64,000 bases of DNA from Clostridia bacterium. Lineage in GTDB: Bacteria; Bacillota; Clostridia; TANB77; CAG-508. Of this stretch, positions 39,442 to 49,285 are shown one piece after another (position 1 is the first letter of the stretch; each line of letters opens with the position of its first letter). Below the pieces are notes generated by a model, which had not been told where the DNA came from, made no database searches, and saw nothing but the letters and a program-made list of their open reading frames with translations. The DNA lies in NCBI GenBank assembly GCA_017429505.1, contig JAFROW010000010.1, positions 2,996 through 66,995 of the forward strand. Reading direction: 5' to 3'. The translations under genes and the position numbers were made by a program.

Positions 39442-40770
39442 TTACTCTAAGAATCCCTTGTAGTGTCTCATTACTAATTGAGATTCTAATTGTTGTATTG
39501 TTTCTAGCGCAACACCTACAACGATTAATACTGCAGTTCCTCCAAAAGTAATATTTAAACTTGTAAATCTAAGTAACATTGGAAGTATAGCAATTATTGC
39601 TAAGTAAATTCCTCCAAATAATGTTATTTTAGAAATTACTGATGATAAATATTCTGTTGTTGGTTTTCCTGCTCTTATTCCTGGTATAAAACCACCATTT
39701 TTCTTAATATTTGTAGATATTTCTGCAGGGTTCATCATTGCATAAGTATAGAAATATGTAAATCCTAAGATTAACAATAAATATACTATTGCATTTGCAA
39801 TTGTGAATCCAATTCCAACATTTGCATTTGATGTTGCCATTGAGAATTTATATACTCCTGCCCAAAATCCTGTAGCTGTTTCAATATTTCTATTAAATAA
39901 TTGAATTACTATTGCTGGAAATGTCATAAATGCTGAAGCAAAGATTATTGGCATAACTCCTGCCATTGCAAGTTTTAATGGTATATGTGTATTCTGTGCT
40001 CCCATCATTTTTCTTCCAACAACTCTTTTTGAATATTGTACAGGAATTCTTCTTTCTGCAAGTTGCATATATACTACTGCAGCAATTAATACAATTGCTC
40101 CAATAATTATTGCAAGTGCTGTTAAAAATCCTGTTGTGCTAAATCCATTTTGTGTAGAAATTAAGTTCCAAATTGTAACTACTGCAGATGGCATTCTAGA
40201 TATAATTCCAACAAAAATTATCATAGAAATACCATTTCCTACACCCTTGTTTGTGATTTGTTCTCCAAGCCACATAAGTAGTGATGTTCCTGCTACAAAT
40301 CCTGTTATAACCATTGCTGCTGTTAAAAATCCAGGATTTATGAATATTTGTACACTCTCATTTGAACTATATGAGAAATATAGTCCTAATCCTTCTATTA
40401 AAGCTAATACTAAAGTTAACATTTTAGTATATTTATTAATTTTTTGCCTTCCTTCTTCTCCACCTTCTTTTGTTAATTTTTCTAATGCAGGAATTACAAA
40501 TCCTAATAATTGGATTATAATTGATGCATTAATATAAGGTGTTATTGTCATAGCAAATATAGAGAATCTTGAAAAAGCTCCTCCCGAAATCAAGTTAATT
40601 AATCCAGCTATACCTGAACTACTTTTCATTGCCTCATCTAATGCTAAAGCGTCTACTCCAGGTACAGTAATATAACATCCAAATCTAAATATTATAATTA
40701 ATATTATTGTGTATATTATTTTCTTTCTAAGTTCCGGTGTTTTCCAAGCATTTTTAATTGTTTTAAACAA
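39442..40770 (-). CDS. secY: preprotein translocase subunit SecY
   Basis: 442 aa, 10 TM helices, conserved SecY motifs. Confidence 0.95.
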   Translation of the reverse strand: MFKTIKNAWKTPELRKKIIYTIILIIIFRFGCYITVPGVDALALDEAMKSSSGIAGLINLISGGAFSRFSIFAMTITPYINASIIIQLLGFVIPALEKLTKEGGEEGRQKINKYTKMLTLVLALIEGLGLYFSYSSNESVQIFINPGFLTAAMVITGFVAGTSLLMWLGEQITNKGVGNGISMIIFVGIISRMPSAVVTIWNLISTQNGFSTTGFLTALAIIIGAIVLIAAVVYMQLAERRIPVQYSKRVVGRKMMGAQNTHIPLKLAMAGVMPIIFASAFMTFPAIVIQLFNRNIETATGFWAGVYKFSMATSNANVGIGFTIANAIVYLLLILGFTYFYTYAMMNPAEISTNIKKNGGFIPGIRAGKPTTEYLSSVISKITLFGGIYLAIIAILPMLLRFTSLNITFGGTAVLIVVGVALETIQQLESQLVMRHYKGFLE

Positions 40771-40771
40771 C

Positions 40772-41206
40772 TTAAATCACCTCAGCCTTTCCGCCTAAAG
40801 CTTCTATTTTTTCCTTAGCGCTAGCAGTAAATCTAGTAGCTTTAACATTTAATTTTTTATCTAATTTTCCTGTAGCTAATACTACGATTCCATCATTTAT
40901 TTTTCCTATTATATTTTCCGCAAGTAAAGTCTCAGCTGTAACATCTGTTGCTTTGCTCTTATTAAGCATTGTTAATGTTACTTCTGTATAAGTTTTAGCG
41001 TGGATATTTGTAAATCCTCTTTTTGGTAATCTTCTATATAACGGTGTTTGACCTCCTTCAAATCCACGTCTTACACCTCCACCAGATCTAGCTTTTTGTC
41101 CTTTTTGTCCTCTTCCTGAAGTTTTACCGTTTCCAGAACCCATTCCACGTCCAACTCTATTAGCTTTTTTCTTGTCCATTGATGGTTTCAATTCTTCGAT
41201 TTTCAT
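40772..41206 (-). CDS. rplO: 50S ribosomal protein L15
   Basis: Gly/Arg-rich N-terminus ([25 protein letters not shown]). Confidence 0.95.
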   Translation of the reverse strand: MKIEELKPSMDKKKANRVGRGMGSGNGKTSGRGQKGQKARSGGGVRRGFEGGQTPLYRRLPKRGFTNIHAKTYTEVTLTMLNKSKATDVTAETLLAENIIGKINDGIVVLATGKLDKKLNVKATRFTASAKEKIEALGGKAEVI

Positions 41207-41461
41207 TTTTGGTTTGCACCTCCTTGTTATGAATTTTATATTATTTCTTTTTAAAAATCAATATATTTTTATAAATTTCTATTTTTTGTTATTCTTTGGA
41301 AATATATATTATTTTATAATACTGCGTAAGCGACCAAACGAGCTTAGCGAGTGCGAATTGGAGCAATCTTCATATAGTTTTTTTATAAAATGGAGATTGC
41401 GACACCAAAGTATTACAAAATAATATATATTTCCTATTAGCATAACTTACTATTCTAGAAA

Positions 41462-41950
41462 TTATAAAATTTCAGATACTTTCTTTCCTCTCTTAGCTGC
41501 AACTTGTTCTACTGTTTGCATTGATTTTAATCCTTCAATAGTAGCATATACAACGTTTCTTGGATTATTTGTTCCAATAACTTTTGTACGTATATTTTGA
41601 TATCCTGCAAGTTCAAGTACTGGTCTAACGCTTCCTCCAGCGATTAATCCTGTACCTACTGCAGCAGGTTTTAATAATACATTTGCACTACCAAATTTTC
41701 CTATAAATTCATGAGGTACTGTTGTGTTTACAATAGGAACTTCTATTAAGTTCTTTTTAGCTTCTCCGATAGCTTTCTTTATAGCATCTGGAACTTCAGC
41801 TGCTTTTCCATTTCCAACACCTACATGACCATTTTCATCACCAACAACAACAACTGCACTAAATCTAAAATTTCTACCACCTTTTACAACTTTTGCAACT
41901 CTGCTGATAGCAACAACTTTTTCTTTTAATTCATTTTCTTGCTTTTCCAT
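41462..41950 (-). CDS. rpsE: 30S ribosomal protein S5
   Basis: [35 protein letters not shown]. Confidence 0.95.
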   Translation of the reverse strand: MEKQENELKEKVVAISRVAKVVKGGRNFRFSAVVVVGDENGHVGVGNGKAAEVPDAIKKAIGEAKKNLIEVPIVNTTVPHEFIGKFGSANVLLKPAAVGTGLIAGGSVRPVLELAGYQNIRTKVIGTNNPRNVVYATIEGLKSMQTVEQVAAKRGKKVSEIL

Positions 41951-41977
41951 GTAAATTTCTTTACCCTCCTTTATAAA

Positions 41978-42337
41978 TTAGAATTTTAATCCATTTTCTC
42001 TAGCTGCTTCTGCTAATTCTTTAATTACTCCATGATATATGTATCCACCACGATCAAAAACAACTTCTGTTATATTTTTTTCTGTAGCTTTTTTAGCAAT
42101 TAAAGCTCCAACTTCTTTCGCAGCTTCTTTATTTGCATGTTTTGTTTTTACTGATTTATCTAATGTTGAGGCACTTACTAATGTAGTTCCTTGAACATCA
42201 TCGATAATTTGTGCATATATATTTGTATTACTTCTATATACACATAATCTTGGTCTTTCAGCTGTTCCACTTATTTTTGTTCTAACTCTTTTATGTCTTC
42301 TTGCTCTTTCAAATTTTCTATCTGTATTTGAAACCAT
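41978..42337 (-). CDS. rplR: 50S ribosomal protein L18
   Basis: 119 aa, [24 protein letters not shown]. Confidence 0.95.
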   Translation of the reverse strand: MVSNTDRKFERARRHKRVRTKISGTAERPRLCVYRSNTNIYAQIIDDVQGTTLVSASTLDKSVKTKHANKEAAKEVGALIAKKATEKNITEVVFDRGGYIYHGVIKELAEAARENGLKF

Positions 42338-42390
42338 TTTATTTCTCCTTTCTTCATATTCGAATATTTATGATTTCTAATTTTAATCAA

Positions 42391-42497
42391 AAACGAGTAT
42401 TGCAAGGCGAAATTTTATGAAAAAGCGGAGCATACTTTGTGTATGTGAGCATTTTGAATAAAATTCCAACGAAGCAAGACGAAGTTTTTCATTAAAA
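42391..42497 (+). repeat. copy A of a ~100-nt structured intergenic repeat (forward orientation on the plus strand). Spacer between rplF and rplR
   Basis: CAAGGCGAAATTTTATGAAAAAGCGGAGCATACTTTGTGTATGTGAGCATTTTGAATAAAATTCCAACGAAGCAAGACGAAG. Central hairpin CATAC-TTTGT-GTATG. Confidence 0.7.
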
Positions 42498-43034
42498 TTA
42501 TTTACCAGTTTTACCAACCTTACGTCTAATAACTTCCTCAGCATATTTAATACCTTTACCTCTATATACTTCAGGTGGTCTCTTTGTTCTTATTTCTGCA
42601 GCTACTTGACCTACTTGTTCTTTATTAATTCCTTTTACTATTATAGTATTTGGGTTTGGAACATCAAAAGAAATTCCTGTAGGTGCTTTATATATAACTG
42701 GGTGTGAATATCCAAGTGAAAGATTTAAATCATTTCCTTGTTTTTGAACTCTGTATCCAACACCATTTATTTGTAATTCTCTAGTGAATTCATTTTGTAC
42801 ACCTTCGATCATATTGTTTACTAAAGTTCTAGATAAACCATGTAAACTTCTGTGTAATCTTTCCTCACTATGTCTTTCAAATGTAATTATTCCATCTTCA
42901 AATTTTATAGTGATTTGTGGATTGATATCTCTTTCAAGTGTACCTTTTGGTCCTTTTACAGTAATATGTTGTCCGTCTAATTTAACTTCTACTCCTGCTG
43001 GTACTGTAATAGGTTTATTTCCTATTCTTGACAT
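42498..43034 (-). CDS. rplF: 50S ribosomal protein L6
   Basis: 178 aa, SRIGNKPITVPAGVEVKLDGQHITVKGPKG. Confidence 0.95.
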   Translation of the reverse strand: MSRIGNKPITVPAGVEVKLDGQHITVKGPKGTLERDINPQITIKFEDGIITFERHSEERLHRSLHGLSRTLVNNMIEGVQNEFTRELQINGVGYRVQKQGNDLNLSLGYSHPVIYKAPTGISFDVPNPNTIIVKGINKEQVGQVAAEIRTKRPPEVYRGKGIKYAEEVIRRKVGKTGK

Positions 43035-43068
43035 TTAAGGTTCCTCCTTCTTTTTATAAATCATTTTA

Positions 43069-43467
43069 TTACCAAATATAAGCTAAAACTTCTCCACCTA
43101 CACCAGCTGCTCTTGCTTCTTTGTCTGTCATAAGACCTTTAGATGTAGAAATAATTGCTATACCTAGTCCATTAAGAACTTTAGGTAATTCTTCTTTATT
43201 TGCATAAACTTTTAATCCTGGTTTACTTATTCTTTTTAAACCATCAATTACTTTAGCACCTTTTTCTCCGTACTTTAAAGTAATTCTTATTGTTCCTTGA
43301 GCATTATCATTTATTTGCTCAAAAGATTTTATATATCCTTCTCTGTATAAAATCTCAGCTATACCAACTTTCATTTTTGAAGCAGGTACATCTACAGTTT
43401 TATGTTTTGAAGTATTTGCATTTCTTATTCTTGTTAGCATATCTGCTATTGGATCAGTTGTGTTCAT
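43069..43467 (-). CDS. rpsH: 30S ribosomal protein S8
   Basis: [14 protein letters not shown]. Confidence 0.95.
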   Translation of the reverse strand: MNTTDPIADMLTRIRNANTSKHKTVDVPASKMKVGIAEILYREGYIKSFEQINDNAQGTIRITLKYGEKGAKVIDGLKRISKPGLKVYANKEELPKVLNGLGIAIISTSKGLMTDKEARAAGVGGEVLAYIW

Positions 43468-43521
43468 TACTAACCTCCTTTTTCTTTTAATTGATCTTAA
43501 TAATTCTTTATATTTTTGTTT

Positions 43522-43707
43522 TTACCAACTTGCTTTTTTAACTCCAGGAATTTCGCCCTTATTAGCTAATTCTCTGAAACAAATACGGCAAATACCATAT
43601 TTTCTAATATAAGCATGTGGTCTACCACATAATTTACATCTGTTATATTCTCTTGTTTTGTATTTTTGTGGTCTTTGTTGTTTTACTTTCATGGACATTT
43701 TTGCCAT
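43522..43707 (-). CDS. rpsZ: 30S ribosomal protein S14 type Z (zinc-binding)
   Basis: 61 aa with [23 protein letters not shown]. Confidence 0.95.
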   Translation of the reverse strand: MAKMSMKVKQQRPQKYKTREYNRCKLCGRPHAYIRKYGICRICFRELANKGEIPGVKKASW

Positions 43708-43739
43708 TGAACAATTCCTCCTTACTTGTTTCCATTAAA

Positions 43740-43835
43740 TTCCAAATCCTGCTGTGTTAAAATTTTATTCAAAAATACTCATGTACCATATGTACACTCC
43801 GTTTTTTTCGTAAAATTTTGCCTTGCAGTATTTGT
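43740..43835 (-). repeat. copy B of the structured intergenic repeat (forward orientation on the minus strand). Spacer between rplE and rpsZ
   Basis: Minus strand reads CTGCAAGGCAAAATTTTACGAAAAAAACGGAGTGTACATATGGTACATGAG...TTGAATAAAATTTTAACACAGCAGGA. Hairpin TGTAC/GTACA shows compensatory pairing. Confidence 0.65.
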
Positions 43836-43896
43836 TTTTAATGAAAACATGTTATTCATTCACTTTTAGCTTCGCAAAACGAAGCTTTTCATTAAT

Positions 43897-44436
43897 TTAA
43901 GCTTTGAATGGCATTCCTAATAATTTAAGTAACTCTCTAGCTTCTTCATCAGTTTTAGCTGTAGTTACAAAAATTATATCCATTCCTCTTAATTTATCTA
44001 CTTTATCATATTCGATTTCTGGGAATATTAATTGTTCTTTTAATCCCATAGAGTAATTTCCTCTACCGTCAAAAGAATCTGCTGATACTCCTCTAAAATC
44101 TCTAACTCTTGGAAGTGCAACATTAAATAATTTGTATGCAAAATCATACATTTTATCTTTTCTTAATGTCACTTTGCATCCTAAGTCTTGACCTTCTCTT
44201 ATTTTAAATGCTGCAATTGATTTTTTAGCTTTAGTTACTATAGGTTTTTGACCTGTAATTTGAGCTAATTCTTTCATTGCATTTTCTAATGCTTTAGGAT
44301 TTTCTCTTGTATCTCCTAAACCAATATTTATAACTATTTTATCTAATTTTGGAACTTGCATTGTAGATTTGTATTCAAACTTTTTTGTTAAAGCTGGAAC
44401 AACTTGTTTTTCATATTGTTCTTTTAATGCGTTCAT
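43897..44436 (-). CDS. rplE: 50S ribosomal protein L5
   Basis: 179 aa, conserved L5 N-terminus. Confidence 0.95.
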   Translation of the reverse strand: MNALKEQYEKQVVPALTKKFEYKSTMQVPKLDKIVINIGLGDTRENPKALENAMKELAQITGQKPIVTKAKKSIAAFKIREGQDLGCKVTLRKDKMYDFAYKLFNVALPRVRDFRGVSADSFDGRGNYSMGLKEQLIFPEIEYDKVDKLRGMDIIFVTTAKTDEEARELLKLLGMPFKA

Positions 44437-44459
44437 TGATTAGTTCCTCCTTTCTTAAT

Positions 44460-44768
44460 TTACTTTAATTCTGCTCCACATTTTTTACAAATACGAACTT
44501 TTTTATCATTTTCTACTTTATATCTAACACGTGTTGCTTTTCCACATTTTGGACATACAACATTTACTATACTGCTATGTACAGGAAATTCTGATGGGAT
44601 AATTCCTCCTTCTTCTCCTGCTTTTCTTGGCTTAACATGTTTTTTTCTTATATTTACACCTTTAACAATTACTTTTTCTGTTTTAGGTATAACTTCTAAT
44701 ACTTCACCTGTTTTTCCTTTATCATTTCCTGATAAAACAATAACATTGTCGCCTTTTTTTAGTTTCAT
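44460..44768 (-). CDS. rplX: 50S ribosomal protein L24 (variant with a C-terminal C4 zinc ribbon CPKCG...CKKCG)
   Basis: KOW motif KKGDNVIVLSGNDKGKTGEV. Cys4 in the C-terminal 25 aa. Confidence 0.9.
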   Translation of the reverse strand: MKLKKGDNVIVLSGNDKGKTGEVLEVIPKTEKVIVKGVNIRKKHVKPRKAGEEGGIIPSEFPVHSSIVNVVCPKCGKATRVRYKVENDKKVRICKKCGAELK

Positions 44769-44814
44769 TTAAGGTTTCCCTCCTTCTTTAAATTATTTTC
44801 CGTTTTTCAAAGAA

Positions 44815-44912
44815 TAGTTATATTGCTAGGCGAAATTTTGTGCAAACACCGGAGCGTACTTTGTGTACGTGAGGATGTTTAAGCAAAATTACAACGACGC
44901 AAGATGACTATT
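44815..44912 (+). repeat. copy C of the structured intergenic repeat (forward on the plus strand). Spacer between rplN and rplX
   Basis: CTAGGCGAAATTTTGTGCAAACACCGGAGCGTACTTTGTGTACGTGAGGATGTTTAAGCAAAATTACAACGACGCAAGATGAC. Hairpin CGTAC/GTACG. Confidence 0.7.
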
Positions 44913-44923
44913 ATTTGGAAAAC

Positions 44924-45292
44924 CTATAGTACTTCTGGTGCTAGTGATAAGATTTTAAGATACTCTCCATCTCTTAACTCTCTAGCAACAGGTCCGAATA
45001 TACGTGTACCTTTTGGTGTTTTGTCTTCTTTTATAATAACAGCTGCATTTTCATCAAATCTAATATATGAACCATCAGCTCTTCTAATAGGATTCTTAGT
45101 TCTAACAACAACTGCTTTAACTACGTCACCTTTTTTAACAACTCCACCAGGTGTTGCTGATTTAACAGAAGCAACTACTATATCACCAATTGTAGCTGTT
45201 CTTCTAAATGATCCACCTAAACATCTGATAACCATTAATTCTTTTGCTCCAGTGTTGTCAGCTACTTTTAATCTTGTTTGTTGTTGTACCAT
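44924..45292 (-). CDS. rplN: 50S ribosomal protein L14
   Basis: [27 protein letters not shown]. Confidence 0.95.
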   Translation of the reverse strand: MVQQQTRLKVADNTGAKELMVIRCLGGSFRRTATIGDIVVASVKSATPGGVVKKGDVVKAVVVRTKNPIRRADGSYIRFDENAAVIIKEDKTPKGTRIFGPVARELRDGEYLKILSLAPEVL

Positions 45293-45308
45293 TTTGGTAT
45301 CCTCCTTC

Positions 45309-45569
45309 TTATTTAATTACTGCCTTTTTAACTATTTCAACTACTCTCCATCTCTTATCTTTAGATAAAGGTCTAGTTTCCATAACTTTAACTGTGTCTC
45401 CTACTTGGCATTTATTTTCTTCATCATGAGCTTTTAATGTATATGTCTTTTTTACTGTTTTTCCATATACTTTATGTTGTACATTTCTTTGAACAGCTAC
45501 AACTACAGTTTTATCCATTTTGTCAGATTTAACTGTACCAATCATTACTTTACGAAGATTTCTTTCCAT
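45309..45569 (-). CDS. rpsQ: 30S ribosomal protein S17
   Basis: 86 aa, [19 protein letters not shown]. Confidence 0.95.
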   Translation of the reverse strand: MERNLRKVMIGTVKSDKMDKTVVVAVQRNVQHKVYGKTVKKTYTLKAHDEENKCQVGDTVKVMETRPLSKDKRWRVVEIVKKAVIK

Positions 45570-45778
45570 TAGTTATCTCCTTTCTTTTCAGCAATCTTTC
45601 TTTCAGTTAAAATAGTGTTAATTCTTGCAATGTCCTTTTTTACTGATTTTATTTTCATAGGATTATCTAATCCATTTGTAGCTAAGCTGAATTTTAATTT
45701 AAATAATTCTGTTTTTAATTCACCTAGTTCTTTTTCTAATTCAGGTGAAGACATTTCTTTTATTTTATTTAATTTCAT
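45569..45778 (-). CDS. rpmC: 50S ribosomal protein L29
   Basis: 69-aa helical protein in the canonical position between rplP and rpsQ. Confidence 0.9.
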   Translation of the reverse strand: MKLNKIKEMSSPELEKELGELKTELFKLKFSLATNGLDNPMKIKSVKKDIARINTILTERKIAEKKGDN

Positions 45779-46209
45779 TAATTTTCACCCTCCTCGATCT
45801 TTTCTCTTATTACGAATTTTGTTCTTACTGGTAATTTGTTAGCAGCTAAGCGTAATGCTTCTCTTGCAGTTTCTTCTGATACACCTGCAATCTCGAACAT
45901 TACTCTTCCTGGTTTAACATTTGCTACCCAAAATTCTGTATTACCTTTACCTTTACCCATACGAGTTCCTAAAGGTTTCTTTGTAATTGGTTTGTCTGGG
46001 AATATTTTAATCCAAACTTTACCATCTCTTTTCATATAACGAGTCATTGCAACTCTGGCTGCTTCTATTTGATTTCCTGTAATAGCTGCAGCATCTAATG
46101 TTTGTAGTCCAAATTCACCTTCATTAACTACATTTCCTCTTGTTGCTTTTCCTCTATTTCTACCTTTTTGTACTTTTCTATGTTTTGTTCTTTTTGGCAT
46201 TAATGGCAT
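45778..46209 (-). CDS. rplP: 50S ribosomal protein L16
   Basis: [25 protein letters not shown]. Confidence 0.95.
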   Translation of the reverse strand: MPLMPKRTKHRKVQKGRNRGKATRGNVVNEGEFGLQTLDAAAITGNQIEAARVAMTRYMKRDGKVWIKIFPDKPITKKPLGTRMGKGKGNTEFWVANVKPGRVMFEIAGVSEETAREALRLAANKLPVRTKFVIREKIEEGEN

Positions 46210-46865
46210 TATTGTTCTCCTCCTTCCATTTTTTTGCTAGGAAGAATTTCTCCTTTATAAATCCATACTTTTACACCGATTTTTCCATATGTAGTTGCAG
46301 CTTCTGCAAATCCATAATCTATATCAGCTCTTAGAGTTTGTAAAGGAATATTTCCTTCTTTATAGAACTCTGTTCTAGCCATGTCTGCTCCACCTAATCT
46401 TCCAGATACTGCAGTTTTAATTCCTGCTGCACCTGATTTCATAGTTTTTTGCATACATTGTTTCATTGCACGTCTAAATGAAATTCTTCTTTCTAATTGG
46501 TTTGCTATATCTTCAGCAACTAGTTGTGCGTCAAGGCTTGTATTTTTAACCTCAACTACATTTAGGTTTACTTCTTTTCCTATTAATTTTTTAACTTGGT
46601 TCTTTAAGTCTTCTATTCCAGCTCCACCTTTTCCAATTAGGATTCCTGGCTTAGCTGTGTAAATATTAACTTTAACCATTTTTGCTGTTCTTTCTATTTC
46701 AATATTAGCGATTCCAGCATCATATACTTTTTTCTTTAAAAATTTACGGATTTTTTGGTCTTCTACTAAGCAGTCTGCAAAGTCTTTATCACTTGCATAC
46801 CATTTAGAGCTCCAATCTTTGATTATTCCTAATCTTGCTCCTGTTGGGTTTACTTTTTGTCCCAT
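46209..46865 (-). CDS. rpsC: 30S ribosomal protein S3
   Basis: [24 protein letters not shown] with KH domain. Confidence 0.95.
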   Translation of the reverse strand: MGQKVNPTGARLGIIKDWSSKWYASDKDFADCLVEDQKIRKFLKKKVYDAGIANIEIERTAKMVKVNIYTAKPGILIGKGGAGIEDLKNQVKKLIGKEVNLNVVEVKNTSLDAQLVAEDIANQLERRISFRRAMKQCMQKTMKSGAAGIKTAVSGRLGGADMARTEFYKEGNIPLQTLRADIDYGFAEAATTYGKIGVKVWIYKGEILPSKKMEGGEQ

Positions 46866-46869
46866 TAGC

Positions 46870-47223
46870 TTAAGCCTCCTTTTCTTTTAGAACAATTGTT
46901 ATATGACTTGTTCTTTTTCTAATTCTTACTGCTGAACCTTTTGCAGCAGGTCTTATTCTTTTTAGAGTTGGACCTTGATTTGCATAGATTTCAGAAATAT
47001 ATAATTTATCATGTTTCATATCATGATTATTTTCAGCATTTGCTATTGCTGATTTTAATAATTTTTCTATAATGTCTGAAGATGCTTTTGGTGTGAATTT
47101 TACTATTGCTAAAGCTTCATCAACATTTTTTCCTCTTATTAAATCTGCAACAATTTTAACTTTTCTTGATGAAATTCTTGCATATTTAAGAGTTGCTGAA
47201 GCTGTTCTTATTTCTTCTTCCAT
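46870..47223 (-). CDS. rplV: 50S ribosomal protein L22 (start trimmed to the internal Met; GAGGAG RBS)
   Basis: [31 protein letters not shown] matches the L22 N-terminus. The first 14 codons of the tracked ORF are a leader. Confidence 0.9.
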   Translation of the reverse strand: MEEEIRTASATLKYARISSRKVKIVADLIRGKNVDEALAIVKFTPKASSDIIEKLLKSAIANAENNHDMKHDKLYISEIYANQGPTLKRIRPAAKGSAVRIRKRTSHITIVLKEKEA

Positions 47224-47295
47224 AATTAACTCCTCTCTATTTATTTTAGATTCTAGTTGTATCATTTATTTTGATTATTTCCAGTTCTTGAAGAA

Positions 47296-47396
47296 TTGGG
47301 ATTTGACTAGGCAAAATTTATTGGAAAGGTAAGGAAGCATACTTTGTGTATGTGACCGCGTTTTCAATGAATTTTAACGACGTCAAATTTCAATTA
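47296..47396 (+). repeat. copy D of the structured intergenic repeat (forward on the plus strand). Spacer between rpsS and rplV
   Basis: CTAGGCAAAATTTATTGGAAAGGTAAGGAAGCATACTTTGTGTATGTGACCGCGTTTTCAATGAATTTTAACGACGTCAAATTTC. Confidence 0.65.
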
Positions 47397-47404
47397 TTCA
47401 TGAA

Positions 47405-47680
47405 CTATTTCTTAGTTGTCTTTTCTCCTGCATGACCTTTGAATGTTCTAGTAGGAGCAAATTCACCTAATTTATGTCCTATCATTTCTTCTGATATATA
47501 TACTGGAACATGTTTTCTTCCATCATGTACAGCAATTGTATGACCAACCATTTGTGGATAAATTGTAGAAGCTCTTGACCATGTCTTTAAAACTTCTTTT
47601 TTATTTTCCGCATTTAAAGCTTCAATTCTTTTTAATAATTTTGGAGCTATAAATGGTTTCTTTTTACTTGATCTTGACAT
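47405..47680 (-). CDS. rpsS: 30S ribosomal protein S19
   Basis: 91 aa, [33 protein letters not shown]. Confidence 0.95.
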   Translation of the reverse strand: MSRSSKKKPFIAPKLLKRIEALNAENKKEVLKTWSRASTIYPQMVGHTIAVHDGRKHVPVYISEEMIGHKLGEFAPTRTFKGHAGEKTTKK

Positions 47681-47685
47681 AAGTT

Positions 47686-48513
47686 CTATTTCCTCCTTTT
47701 AACTATAAATTTATTTGATTGTTTCTTTTTATTTCTAGTCTTGTATCCTAGAGCTGGTTTACCCCAAGGTGTTAATGGTCCAGCGTGTCCGATTGGTGCT
47801 TTGCCTTCACCACCACCATGTGGGTGATCTACTGGGTTCATTGCAGAACCTCTAACTTCTGGTCTCCATCCCATATGTCTTTTTCTTCCTGCTTTTCCTA
47901 ATTTAACATTTGCATGTTCTGAGTTTCCTATAACTCCTATTGTAGCTCTACAATTAGCTAAAACAAGTCTCATTTCTCCTGATGGTAATCTTACATGTGC
48001 ATATTTTCCTTCTTTAGCCATTAATTGTGCGCTTTGTCCTGCTGCTTTAACAAGTTTTCCACCTTGTCCTGGATTTAATTCGATGTTGTGAATTAATGTA
48101 CCTACTGGAATACTGTTGATTTCCATACAATTTCCTGGTCTAATATCAACTGCTTTTCCTGATACTACTGTATCTCCATCTTTTAAATCTTGTGGTGCTA
48201 AAATGTATGATTTTTCACCATCTTCATATTGAATTAGTGCTATATTTGCACTTCTATTTGGATCATATTCGATTCCTACTACTGTGGCTTTCATATCGTC
48301 TTTTTTACGTTTGAAATCCATTATTCTATATTTTTGTCTGTTTCCTCCACCTTGATGACGTACTGTTATTCTGCCATAAGAGTTTCTTCCTGCTTTTTCT
48401 TTCTTTACAGCTAGTAAAGATTTTTCAGGAGTCTTTTTTGTTATTTCTGAATAATCTAATACTGTCATGTTTCTTCTTGAAGGTGTGTAGGCTTTAAATT
48501 TTTTTGTTGCCAT
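47686..48513 (-). CDS. rplB: 50S ribosomal protein L2
   Basis: 275 aa, conserved L2 motifs ([23 protein letters not shown]). Confidence 0.95.
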   Translation of the reverse strand: MATKKFKAYTPSRRNMTVLDYSEITKKTPEKSLLAVKKEKAGRNSYGRITVRHQGGGNRQKYRIMDFKRKKDDMKATVVGIEYDPNRSANIALIQYEDGEKSYILAPQDLKDGDTVVSGKAVDIRPGNCMEINSIPVGTLIHNIELNPGQGGKLVKAAGQSAQLMAKEGKYAHVRLPSGEMRLVLANCRATIGVIGNSEHANVKLGKAGRKRHMGWRPEVRGSAMNPVDHPHGGGEGKAPIGHAGPLTPWGKPALGYKTRNKKKQSNKFIVKRRK

Positions 48514-48537
48514 TTCTTTCTTTCCTTTCTCGAATTC

Positions 48538-48645
48538 GTGAAAAGCTTCGTCTTACTGCGTTAAAATTTTATTGAAAATGCTCACGTACTACGTGTACGC
48601 TCCGCTTTTTAATAAAATTTTGCCTTGTAATACTCGCTTTTGACA
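48538..48645 (-). repeat. copy E of the structured intergenic repeat (forward on the minus strand). Immediately 5' of the rplB RBS
   Basis: Minus strand reads AAAAGCGAGTATTACAAGGCAAAATTTTATTAAAAAGCGGAGCGTACACGTAGTACGTGAGCATTTTCAATAAAATTTTAACGCAGTAAGACGAAGC. Closest match to copy A. Confidence 0.7.
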
Positions 48646-48736
48646 AATTCTCTTATTTATTATTTTGGTGAGTTTTTTCCTGCCTCACTGCAGATAAAAT
48701 TTGTTTTCCTAGTTTTTTCTAGATATTTTTATATTA

Positions 48737-49273
48737 TTAATGTACTTGGTCTGATTGTTCTGGGGTGTCGACTTCTTTTTGTAAGGCTATCGCTATTTGT
48801 TTAATTGTTGACATATGACCGTCAGGTTTCACCTGTTTTAACCTTTTTGCCGATGTAATTATACTATCTAGTGTTTTCTCCCATACTTCAGTCCTCTCCT
48901 CTTGTGCTTTTTTATCCTGTTCTTCTTTATATTTTGTAAGCATATTACCAACTAGAGTTTTTAGTCTTTCTATACATCCCTTTATTTCTTCTGGAATATC
49001 CATTTCAAGCTTATCAGAAATTTTTTTTCTTTCCTCATTATATTTTTCGATAACTTCTTTTATCTCTTCTATACCATCAATTCCCAAATACTCATATTTT
49101 TTAATCGTAGTTAAAAAATTATGCATTGAATTATCTATCCATAATCTATAAAGTTCATCCCATGTATTATTTTCTGGCACAGCCTGCTGTAGAAGACTTA
49201 ATGCTATTTCCATATCCGACATAAAATTATGCGTATCATTTACATTACCTAATGAATTTGTAAATTCACTCAT
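48737..49273 (-). CDS. hypothetical acidic helical protein (178 aa) inserted between rplW and rplB and translationally coupled to rplW
   Basis: A TAGGAGG RBS overlaps the rplW stop codon. No TM segment and no recognisable motif. Breaks the otherwise universal rpsJ-rplC-rplD-rplW-rplB order. Confidence 0.55.
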   Translation of the reverse strand: MSEFTNSLGNVNDTHNFMSDMEIALSLLQQAVPENNTWDELYRLWIDNSMHNFLTTIKKYEYLGIDGIEEIKEVIEKYNEERKKISDKLEMDIPEEIKGCIERLKTLVGNMLTKYKEEQDKKAQEERTEVWEKTLDSIITSAKRLKQVKPDGHMSTIKQIAIALQKEVDTPEQSDQVH

Positions 49274-49285
49274 ATTATAATCCTC

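Noticed and set aside
41172-41423. 83-aa plus-strand ORF in the rpsE-rplO gap (possible L30 replacement)
   Set aside because: Antisense to operon direction, low-complexity (FIFINFYFLLFF) and no L30 similarity. The 47-codon minus-strand ORF in the gap also shows no L30 motifs.
43870-43895. Hairpin agcttcg-caaaa-cgaagct + TTTT on the plus strand, terminator-like, inside the rplE-rpsZ spacer
   Set aside because: The orientation is antisense to the ribosomal operon, and it overlaps the palindromic end of repeat copy B. Treated as part of the repeat rather than a functional terminator.
44904-45368. 154-aa plus-strand ORF
   Set aside because: Antisense to rplN/rpsQ, which are unambiguous ribosomal proteins. 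Typical shadow ORF in an AT-rich genome.
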